Below are positions 10,620 through 19,149 of a DNA stretch of 51,572 nucleotides, piece after piece. The notes beneath the pieces were generated by a model. The model made no database searches, had not been told where the DNA came from, and saw only the letters and a program-made list of their open reading frames with translations. A program made the translations under genes and the position numbers. The stretch's first letter is position 1, and the number at the start of each line of letters is the position of its first letter. Source of the DNA: Phormidium sp. CCY1219 (GTDB lineage Bacteria; Cyanobacteriota; Cyanobacteriia; Cyanobacteriales; Laspinemataceae); the NCBI RefSeq assembly GCF_035615515.1, contig NZ_JAJENT010000802.1:1-51572 (forward strand), written 5' to 3'.

Positions 10620-13382
10620 ATGAGAATTTTACTGGTGGAGGATGACGAGCCGATCGCGCAAGCGTTAGTCGCCACACTCCGAGAGCAAAACTATGTTGTA
10701 GACATCGCCACCGACGGACAAGAAGGGTTAGAACTGGTCGAAGCCTTTGGCTACGACTTGATTCTGCTCGACGTCATGCTACCCAAGCTCGATGGTATCA
10801 GTTTGTGTGGCAAGCTACGAAACTCCGGCTATCAGATGCCGATTTTATTGCTCACCGCAAAAGACACCACCGAAGACAAAGTTAAAGGACTCGATGCCGG
10901 GGCAGATGATTATCTGGTCAAACCCTTCGACATTCCCGAATTAACCGCAAGAATTCGCGCCTTATTGCGGCGAGGAAATGCCCCCTTATCCGCGATACTA
11001 GAGCGGGGACAACTGCAACTGAACCCCAACACCTGCGACGTCACCTATGCCAGCAAACCCGTCACCCTGACCCCCACCGAATATCGCTTGCTCGAACTCT
11101 TTTTGCGAAACAGCAACCGAGTTTATAGCCGCAGTGCCATCCTCGATCACCTGTGGTCTTTTGACGAACCCCCTGCAGAAGACACGATTCGGGCGCATAT
11201 CAAAGGCTTGCGACAGAAATTGAAAGCCGCAGGCGCGCCTGCGGACTTAATCGAAACCGTGTATGGGATTGGATATCGGCTCAAACCCCTCAGTTCCGAG
11301 GACAAATACCGCGAACCGCCCAAGATTCTCATGGCGGGATTGCCAGAAGAATTGGGTTTTTGGTTACAGCAGCGACTGGGGAAAGTCTCGGTGCGAGTCA
11401 CCCATACCGGAGAAGAGACCCTGCAAGAAATCAGCGCCGCGCCCCAGAGTTGGTCGCTGTTAATCGTAGACGTGCAGTTAAAAGAACCGGCAGGGGTGGA
11501 AGTGCTGCGCCAGGTAGCCAGCATGAGAAAAGGCAAACACGAACTGCCGACGATTTGGTGTGTGGAGAAAGGGGAACAGACGGGAAATGGGGAGCGCTTC
11601 AACGGAAAAGGGAAGGGAAAAACTGCCGGAAACGGAGCCAGCGATCGCGTGACTCATGCAACCTGCGTCTTAGTTCATCCCATCGATCGCGTAGAACTAG
11701 CGCGCCAAGTGGCCAAAATCCTGGAATTGCCCCTGAGTACGCGAGAAGACGGTTCCTCTGAGGAAGCCACCTTAGCCGCCGTAGGGAAAGTTTGGGAGCG
11801 GTTCAAAGACCGGATCGGCGATCGCGTCACCACCCTAGAGCAAGCCAGCAATGCCCTCAAAAGCGGCGAACTCAACTCAGACTTGCACGCCAAAGCGCAA
11901 AGAGAAGCCCACAAACTAGCCGGATCCCTAGGGACCTTCGGGTTTTCCAAAGGTTCAGAAATTGCCAAAGAAGTGGAGCAGTTATTGCGCGATCGCCCCT
12001 TGGAGTGTGAAGACGGGTTGCATTTATCGAAATTAGTAGTAGAACTTCGCAGCCAGCTCGAGCGCAGTCCCTCTCCAAAGCAGACTGCATCCGTGGGGGT
12101 TGCGGAAGACAAACCGATGCTGTTGCTGGTAGATGGAGACCCAGAGCAAGGGTCTCGCCTGACAGCAGAAACCCAGCAGTGGGGAATGCACGGAATCGTC
12201 GCCAATACAATTGCCAGGGCCAGAGCGGCGATCGGCGATCGGCGGCCCGAGGTAGTGATTTTAGACCTCGATGTCCCCGCCCCAGAAACAGACGGCAAAC
12301 GCCCCCATCAAGAAGCATTAGATTTCCTCGCCGAACTCGCCAACCGCTTCCCCCCCATTCCCGTGGTGGTTTTAACCGATCGCAGCAGCGTAGAAGAGCG
12401 CTTAGAAGTCGCCCGACTCGGCGGACGCGCCTTTTTGCAAAAACCCCTGCGCCCCGAGCGCATTATGGAGGTAGTCACTCAGGTTCTGCAACGCGCCCAC
12501 AACACCGAGGCGAAAATTATGGTGGTAGACGATGACCTGCAGGTGCTTTCCCTAGTGCGAACCTTTCTCGAGCCTTGGGGTCTCAAATCCCTCCCCCTTT
12601 CCGACCCCCATCGCTTCTGGGAAACCCTGGAACACACCATGCCCGACTTGCTGGTGCTGGATGTGGAAATGCCTCACATCAGCGGCATCGAACTATGTCA
12701 GGTAGTTCGCAACGACCCGCGCTGGAGCGGACTGCCGGTGCTATTTCTCACCGGACACCGGGATCCGAATACCGTGCATCGAGTGTTCGCCGCCGGGGCC
12801 GATGATTACGTCAGCAAACCGATCGTCGGGCCGGAATTGGTGAATCGGATTCTCAATCGCTTAGAACGAGTGCAGTTATTGCGAAATATGGCCGAAACCG
12901 ATGCCCTGACTGGCGTGGCCAACCGTCGCAAGTCTACCCAAGAGTTAGAGAAGTTTCTCAAGCAAGCTGCCACTCACGACCAACCCATGTGTTTGGCGAT
13001 TTTGGATCTCGATCGCTTCAAATGGGTGAACGATCGCTACGGTCATGCCACCGGGGATACTATGTTGCGTCATTTTGGCAAACTGTTATTACGCACCTTC
13101 CGCAGTGAAGATGTGGTCGCCCGCTGGGGCGGCGACGAGTTCGTCGTCGGGATGTACGGGATGACGAAAATCAATGGAATGAAGCGTCTGAGCGAGTTGC
13201 TCGATATCATGCACCAAGAATCGGCAATCCCGGTTCCGGAAGGAAACTGGCAAGTGACCTTCAGTGCCGGCGTAGCTGAATATCCCGAGGATGGGATAAA
13301 ATTGGAAGCCCTTTATCGCTGTGCCGATGACGCCCTGTATCGCGCCAAGGAAGAAGGCCGCGATCGGATTGTGGCTCGTTAA
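10620..13382 (+). CDS. multidomain response regulator / diguanylate cyclase: OmpR-type REC + winged helix, pseudo-REC, Hpt, REC, REC, GGDEF
   Basis: MRILLVEDDE..LILLDVMLP (REC); LTPTEYRLLELF..YGIGYRL (winged HTH); AHKLAGSLGTFGF (Hpt); MLLLVDGD..VVILDLDVP; KIMVVDDD..LLVLDVEMP; RWGGDEFVV (intact GGDEF). Confidence 0.85.
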   Translation: MRILLVEDDEPIAQALVATLREQNYVVDIATDGQEGLELVEAFGYDLILLDVMLPKLDGISLCGKLRNSGYQMPILLLTAKDTTEDKVKGLDAGADDYLVKPFDIPELTARIRALLRRGNAPLSAILERGQLQLNPNTCDVTYASKPVTLTPTEYRLLELFLRNSNRVYSRSAILDHLWSFDEPPAEDTIRAHIKGLRQKLKAAGAPADLIETVYGIGYRLKPLSSEDKYREPPKILMAGLPEELGFWLQQRLGKVSVRVTHTGEETLQEISAAPQSWSLLIVDVQLKEPAGVEVLRQVASMRKGKHELPTIWCVEKGEQTGNGERFNGKGKGKTAGNGASDRVTHATCVLVHPIDRVELARQVAKILELPLSTREDGSSEEATLAAVGKVWERFKDRIGDRVTTLEQASNALKSGELNSDLHAKAQREAHKLAGSLGTFGFSKGSEIAKEVEQLLRDRPLECEDGLHLSKLVVELRSQLERSPSPKQTASVGVAEDKPMLLLVDGDPEQGSRLTAETQQWGMHGIVANTIARARAAIGDRRPEVVILDLDVPAPETDGKRPHQEALDFLAELANRFPPIPVVVLTDRSSVEERLEVARLGGRAFLQKPLRPERIMEVVTQVLQRAHNTEAKIMVVDDDLQVLSLVRTFLEPWGLKSLPLSDPHRFWETLEHTMPDLLVLDVEMPHISGIELCQVVRNDPRWSGLPVLFLTGHRDPNTVHRVFAAGADDYVSKPIVGPELVNRILNRLERVQLLRNMAETDALTGVANRRKSTQELEKFLKQAATHDQPMCLAILDLDRFKWVNDRYGHATGDTMLRHFGKLLLRTFRSEDVVARWGGDEFVVGMYGMTKINGMKRLSELLDIMHQESAIPVPEGNWQVTFSAGVAEYPEDGIKLEALYRCADDALYRAKEEGRDRIVAR

Positions 13383-13848
13383 GTGAGAATCGCGGCAGGG
13401 CATTGCCCACCCTCGGTTTCTCACTTAACTCGGTCCCCCCTGGGAGGAACGTCCCTCCAGAGCTACCGCCTCTCCCCCCAATAAATGCGACTGCGAAGGT
13501 TTGTACCCTTGCTTATCATCCCACAGCTTGCGATCGCCGATAAAGGCTTGCAAATCCGCGAATCGCGAAGTGCTTCATTGCTTTCCCCCGGGCTAAAAGT
13601 ACCGCCTCAATTCAGTGGCAATTGTCTCGCGCTTATCCACCCTTTTTTGCACCCCATATTCCCCGATTCCCCACTTCTGAAACTCCGCTTTTCCGGGTGG
13701 ATAATTCTCGGCTTTTCAAACCACCGCATTCAACCCCTCCGGGTTTCCTACCCCGGCGATCGCGCGCCTCTATCCCCAACCCAGAGAATGCATTGTTTAT
13801 AGTAGAAGTATTCCACCTAAATTATCCTCTCAAGAGCGGGTATTTTCC

Positions 13849-15039
13849 ATGACCAAAGCAGATAAAAACCTCGACAATCCGACAGCGAGTTCGGAACTCG
13901 CCAGTGGCGTCATTCGCCTCAAACCGCAACATTACATTCATGTTTTAGACAACAACACGGGGATTACCCGGTTGGAAGTCGGACCGCAAACCGTTACCCT
14001 GCGCGATGGAGAACGACTGCTATAGCAGGTCTAAATCAGTTGTACAATTCTTAACGGGAGTGGGAGCGTCTCGCTCCCTACACTGACAAGCGAGCTGGAA
14101 GCTCGCACTGCCATATCAATTGCATGAATCATTTAGACTAGCTATATTAAAACCGCAACCGGCAATTGTGGATGCGCGATGAAAACGGGGAACCGATCGC
14201 CGATTCTCCACGATTACAAAGAACGCACCGCGCGCACGGTATTCAAACCGGATTTAGTCATGTTAGGTCCGGATGAAGCGTTTACGATTTTAAGTTTATC
14301 CGGAGATAAGCCCAAACGTCCCAATGCGATTAAAGCCCTCGCTTTATTTTTAGGGCCGGATTTTATGACGGATATCTTCACCGTGGAAACTTCGGACCAC
14401 GCGCGGCTGCAATTGCAGTTATCTTATAATTGGCATTTTGATGTCGATCGCACCAACGAAGAACAAGCCGGCAAATTGTTTCAAGTGCCGGATTTTGTCG
14501 GGGCCGCCGGGGTGCAATTTGACGAATTTCACCGCAATTCAGCCCGCATCATTCGTTAAGCAGTGTTTGGGTTAGATGAACAGGGACGGATTCGCGAAGC
14601 GTTCCGGTTTCCGGCGAATAATTTGGTGATGACCAACATCGACATCCAATCCGTGGAACCGGTGGATGAAGAAACTCTAAAAAGCCTGCAAAAGTCGGTA
14701 CAATTGGCTATTCAAATTACCACCGATGCCCAAGAAGCCGCCGCCCGCCACGATGCCGAACGCATCGCCCAAGAAGCCCAAGCGCGACTGGAACGACAGG
14801 CAATTGTAGACAAAGGAGCTGCGGAAGCAAAACGGCGCAATCTGTTAGCATTAGAAGCAGAAAATGTGGCGATCGCCTCTGCGGGACAAGCTACCGCTGA
14901 AGCCCGCGCCAAAGCCCAAGCCGCACAAATTCAAGGGCAATTGCAAGTGGATTTGGCCACCCAAGAAGCTGAAGCTAAGGCGATCGCTTCAGCAGTGGCG
15001 ATCGCCACCACTCTTCCAACGCCGATTCTATGTCAGTAA
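13849..15039 (+). pseudogene. major vault protein (MVP) homolog, decayed. It has an N-terminal repeat-1 fragment, an internal deletion of the central repeat domains, and an in-frame TAA inside the shoulder/cap-helix part.
   Basis: 13849-14025 encodes ..KPQHYIHVLDNNTGITRLEVGPQTVTLRDGERLL* (MVP N-terminus). 14200-14556 encodes ..[42 protein letters not shown], then TAA (14557-14559), then AVFGLDEQ..VDIQSVEPVDEETLKSLQKSVQLAIQITTDAQEAAARHDAERIAQEAQARLERQ.. (MVP shoulder and cap helix). Confidence 0.7.
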
Positions 15040-15497
15040 TAAAACCCCGGCTCTTTCCCTCCCGAAGACTCTACAACAGTTTTGAGGGAGGATGCCGGTT
15101 CGACCAATAAAACGATATTGTAGCGTCCCACCACATACAGGATTTCCCCGGGAAGCAAGGTAATATTTTGCTGACACAAGGCGGGCCACCAAGAGTTGTG
15201 AAATCGTACCCGCCCACCGAAATGCGGTACAATGGCTTCGTCTACGATCGCTCGGTTTTCTAACGCCTCTCGATTGACCCCCGAGGCGGGGGGAACACCT
15301 GTGTTATCCCTAACTTTTTCCCCTTTTGAGAAAAGTCCGCCAAAAATTATCTGGAATGGATTTGACTTCATCTGATGCTGTCCTCCCCAGTAGCACTCCG
15401 ATGCGAGCGAGGGTCCTGTGTTTGTGCTTTCTCTTGGGAGAAATCCGCCAGTGTTCTTGACCAGGGTGTTGGTCGTATTTTTTGTACGATCTGGCAC
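15033..15497 (-). CDS. NfeD-like OB-fold domain protein; the likely start is the Met at 15371
   Basis: C-terminal GGRVRFHNSWWPALCQQNITLLPGEILYVVGRYNIVLLVEP fits the NfeD beta-barrel pattern (G.V.f.g..W.A.s...i..G..V.Vv...G..L.V.P). Confidence 0.4.
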   Translation of the reverse strand: MPDRTKNTTNTLVKNTGGFLPRESTNTGPSLASECYWGGQHQMKSNPFQIIFGGLFSKGEKVRDNTGVPPASGVNREALENRAIVDEAIVPHFGGRVRFHNSWWPALCQQNITLLPGEILYVVGRYNIVLLVEPASSLKTVVESSGGKEPGFYY

Positions 15498-15775
15498 AGA
15501 AGCACAGGCGATCGCCCGACTATAGCGTTAGTGGCATTGCCCTCCCGCAAATATGCAGCGCCAGAGCGATTTTTCCTCAAACTAGGACAACAGATTAACA
15601 ATCACTAACAAAAAAGGGGGAATGACCCCCGTAGCGATCGCGGGGGGAGTCTGGTAGAGTCAAAAAAAATCAGCAGCACCCTTGCATAATTGGCGACGGA
15701 GTGTCCTACTAAAGTCATAGGCTCCTGAAAAAGCGCTTTCCAGCGGCTCACTTTGTTGTCTAAAGGAGAACGAGA

Positions 15776-17659
15776 ATGTTCAATCCTTTTCACCGCGATC
15801 GCATCCCAACGCCACCCAAGCGTTTGAATAACGCCGAGCGATTTTCCACCTGTCTGATGGTGGATACGCAGCAGGGGCGTGTAGTGTTGCAATGGATTAC
15901 CCAACCGCGTTTGAGGCGCAACTTTCAGTTATATGCGGCGCGGGATCCGAACTTCGCGCGCTTGGGCGATCGGCGAGAAAGCGCCTTAGAAGCGTTTTGG
16001 ATCGACCTCGCCCTGAATCCGCCACCCCCCCAACCCTGGGAACCCACCAATCGCGAGCAACTCGCGTTGCAACATTTAGCCAGTTACTACGAACTCATTT
16101 GTGACAAAGCTGCCAAATGGATCGTCAACAAACATGGCCAACTTTTATGGCAAGATGCGTTCGATATTGCCAGAATCCTAGTCCATGACGAGGAAAAATT
16201 GGCAAGTATTTTAAGTCAATATCAAGCCAAAGGAGACGCTAAATTATCCACCTATTTGCAAGAAGTTTTAATCAGAACGATTAAAAGCGAAGCCTCAGTG
16301 GGTCGGTATTCTTACTGGCGGTTAGTCTGTCAAACGCCGCAGTATAAATTAATCGATGCCTTAGGGAGATTCGGATGTCAAGAGCCGGAAATTTCGCAGA
16401 TTATTTTTGCGCGAAAGTATTTCCACCAAGTGTATTTATTTAACCGGGTGAAAAGTCCACACAGAAAGCCGGGAGAAATTTGGCCCGTGCCCCAACCGGA
16501 AGACTTTGGCGAAACGGCAAATTGCTACAATGCGGAAAGACTACTGCCTTCCGCACCCCCTGAAGTAGCCGCCAATCCCAATCCCGTCACTGGCGAGCAG
16601 ATGAAAGCCTGGATGGAAACCTGTTTTGAAGCCTTAAAAACCACCAAAAAGTTAACAAAAGAATGTTGGTCTCTTGACGTGCTTCGAGAAAAAGGCAGAG
16701 AATTTGCAGCTCCGGAAACGGAAAGCGAAGACTATTTTATTAACATAGTGGGAGAGGGTCAATTTAAGGGAGGTTACTTGAATGAAGCGAAAGGAATTAG
16801 CGAACGGTTGGAAACCGAGCTGAGAAACTGTAAAAATGTTATCGAACTGCAAGTGGAAAATGGTCGGTGGTTCATCGATGAAACGAACCTGCTTCCCCTC
16901 ACCTACGGATTCGGCTTGACCCAAACGCAGATTGCTGCTTTATGCAACCTAAAACAATATCAAGTCAGTCGAAAGCTGAGTTACTATAAAACTCAATTGC
17001 TGAACGCTTTAACCGAGATTAGTCAGCCCGAGGAATGGGTTTTGCCCTATGTTAGGGAGTGGTTGCAGAAATATTTTCCAGCTCCCAACCGTGCGGATAT
17101 CATTCAAGCGGCTTTAGTCGAAGCGCTCAAAGAGATTACAGCCTCAGAACGAGAGTTATTGTCCCTGTGCTACGGAGAGCAACTCGATGTCAGGGCGGTA
17201 GGCGATCGCCTGGGAATCTCGCCAGAGGAAGTCGAAGCGAAATTAAACCGCATTGAAACCCAGTTGCATAATGCGTTATTGAAGCACCTAGATAAATGGA
17301 TGAAAGAGTATATCAAGCAATGGCTGTATGAGGTTTACCAACTGTCCATTCAACAAGTCTTAATCCATCATGTCCAGGAGCTGCCATTGCCAATTCAGAA
17401 CAGCTTGCAAATTCATTATCAAAATTATGCCAAACCGGAACAATTAGCGCGGGAGGTGAGACTTAGCGAATCAGAGGATAGCCAGCTTTTTTGGAAAGGA
17501 AGGTGCCAGGTAGAAGAGGATTTAGTTCGGTGGATTTTGGAGGAACTAAACATTAACCTGACTGGAAATAAAGAACGGGAAAGAATTAATAAAATCGTCG
17601 AGCGAAACTTGATAGCCATCTATAAACAAGGTAAAGGAGGACAAGACAATGAGAGCTAG
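15776..17659 (+). CDS. hypothetical protein with duplicated sigma-70-like modules (region-2-like segment plus two region-4-like HTHs)
   Basis: LLWQDAFDIARILVHD..YLQEVLIRTIKSE (sigma region-2-like); LTQTQIAALCNLKQYQVSRKL (region-4-like); SERELLSLCYGEQLDVRAVGDRLGISPEEVEAKLNRIETQL (canonical region-4-like). Confidence 0.55.
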   Translation: MFNPFHRDRIPTPPKRLNNAERFSTCLMVDTQQGRVVLQWITQPRLRRNFQLYAARDPNFARLGDRRESALEAFWIDLALNPPPPQPWEPTNREQLALQHLASYYELICDKAAKWIVNKHGQLLWQDAFDIARILVHDEEKLASILSQYQAKGDAKLSTYLQEVLIRTIKSEASVGRYSYWRLVCQTPQYKLIDALGRFGCQEPEISQIIFARKYFHQVYLFNRVKSPHRKPGEIWPVPQPEDFGETANCYNAERLLPSAPPEVAANPNPVTGEQMKAWMETCFEALKTTKKLTKECWSLDVLREKGREFAAPETESEDYFINIVGEGQFKGGYLNEAKGISERLETELRNCKNVIELQVENGRWFIDETNLLPLTYGFGLTQTQIAALCNLKQYQVSRKLSYYKTQLLNALTEISQPEEWVLPYVREWLQKYFPAPNRADIIQAALVEALKEITASERELLSLCYGEQLDVRAVGDRLGISPEEVEAKLNRIETQLHNALLKHLDKWMKEYIKQWLYEVYQLSIQQVLIHHVQELPLPIQNSLQIHYQNYAKPEQLAREVRLSESEDSQLFWKGRCQVEEDLVRWILEELNINLTGNKERERINKIVERNLIAIYKQGKGGQDNES

Positions 17660-19109
17660 AAACCATCGCAGAATTAACCCGATTGATGACTCGTTAATGT
17701 TGAAAATCGCACCGGAAGACCAAGAACGAGGGTGGCAGCTTGCTCAGAGCCATTCCAATGCGATCGCCCGCTATCATGGATATCTCAACTGGCTGAGTGT
17801 TAAAACAGTCTTACCTTGGCTGGAGGAATGGGCAGCGGAAGAAAATTTACCCAGACCCGCAATTTGGCCCGGGGAAGAAAGAGTGCCGAGCGTTTTAGAA
17901 CTCGTCCATAATGGCACTGCCATTCAAGTGGGTAACAGGCGATTAATCCTGATTCCATCAGATGAAATGGAACCCGAATTGTTTACCGTACCCCAGGAAT
18001 GGGTAGACAATCCGAGCTGGATGGGAGATTATTATTTAGCAGTGACAGTTAGTGTGGAAGGAGAAGAGGATGACTGTTGGATGAAAGTATGGGGATTCGC
18101 CACCCACCGACAGGTGAAAAATCGAGGAAATTATGATGCAAACCATCGCAGTTATTCCCTAGCGCTTGCAGAGTTAACCCGTGACTTAACGGTAATGGAA
18201 ATTGCGTTAGGACTTCAGGTGCGCGAGGTAGTGAAACCTTTACCACAGTTATCGGAAACCGAAGTAAAACAATGGTTAGAGCAGTTGGGAGATGCGTCAG
18301 TATATTCGCCGCGCTTGCAATTGCAGGTGCCTTTTGAGAAATGGGCCGCCCTGTTGAGTGACGATCGCCTCAGACAACACCTGTGCGATCGACGCATGGG
18401 AAAATTAGCGGCGGAGGTGGAAAATACCTCGCCGGTAAAGTTGCGAGAATGGTTAGAGAATGTGCTTGACTCGGGAAAGAATGCGTTAGAAGATGGATGG
18501 CAACAGTTTGAGTGGCTGGTATCTCCAGCAGAACCCAGTGCGGTGCGCGGGAAAAGCGAAGTGGTAGACGCCATTGCACCAGTCATTCGCTTGCTGCAAC
18601 CCAAGGAATTAGAACAGACTCGTCGCCATGCGGCGGGGGTATTGGGAGAACTAGGGGTGGGCAATCCAGAGGCGATCGATGCGTTAACCCAATTGTTGCA
18701 TACCGCTCGCGAGGAGGAAACCCGTTGGCAAGCGGCGCTGAGTTTGGGTAAAATCAGTCCGGGGCATCCGCAAGCTGGAATTAGAAAAGCCAGGTATCTG
18801 GATTTTGGATTGCAGTTGGAGGGTCACTCGATTGCGTTAATTGTTGCCATTATGCCCAGAAATGATAACCGACTCGGCGTGTTTTTGCAAGTGCAACCAA
18901 TCGCGGGAAGGAAATTGCCACCCTATCTAAAATTGAGCCTACTTTCGGAATCTGGAGAAACGAAAAAAGAAGTGGAAAGTCGAAGTGATGAGGAAGGAAA
19001 AGGAAAGGATAACTTAATTCAATTGCGGTTTAGTCCGCCTTCGGGCACTCGATTTAAGGTGCGAGTTTCAGTGAATGAAGTTAGCGCTACCGAGGAGTTT
19101 ATCGCATAA
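17649..19109 (+). CDS. hypothetical protein with C-terminal HEAT/PBS-lyase-type repeats (possibly DUF1822-like); overlaps the upstream gene by 11 nt
   Basis: HAAGVLGELGVGNPEAIDALTQLLHTAREEETRWQAALSLGKI is an E-Z/HEAT repeat. The ATGAGAGCTAG overlap implies translational coupling. Confidence 0.55.
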   Translation: MRARNHRRINPIDDSLMLKIAPEDQERGWQLAQSHSNAIARYHGYLNWLSVKTVLPWLEEWAAEENLPRPAIWPGEERVPSVLELVHNGTAIQVGNRRLILIPSDEMEPELFTVPQEWVDNPSWMGDYYLAVTVSVEGEEDDCWMKVWGFATHRQVKNRGNYDANHRSYSLALAELTRDLTVMEIALGLQVREVVKPLPQLSETEVKQWLEQLGDASVYSPRLQLQVPFEKWAALLSDDRLRQHLCDRRMGKLAAEVENTSPVKLREWLENVLDSGKNALEDGWQQFEWLVSPAEPSAVRGKSEVVDAIAPVIRLLQPKELEQTRRHAAGVLGELGVGNPEAIDALTQLLHTAREEETRWQAALSLGKISPGHPQAGIRKARYLDFGLQLEGHSIALIVAIMPRNDNRLGVFLQVQPIAGRKLPPYLKLSLLSESGETKKEVESRSDEEGKGKDNLIQLRFSPPSGTRFKVRVSVNEVSATEEFIA

Positions 19110-19149
19110 CATATGCCGCAGTTAAGCGAATTAGCAGGGAACTACAGTT

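Noticed and set aside
10998-12805. Arg/Pro/Ser-rich ORFs (e.g. 12179..12535) inside the response-regulator gene
   Set aside because: They are alternative frames. The main frame is continuous across all seven domains.
15033-15370. Operon relationship between the NfeD-like gene and the MVP remnant
   Set aside because: The two are convergent, with overlapping 3' ends, so they cannot be co-transcribed. Any functional link is speculative and is raised only within the MVP finding.
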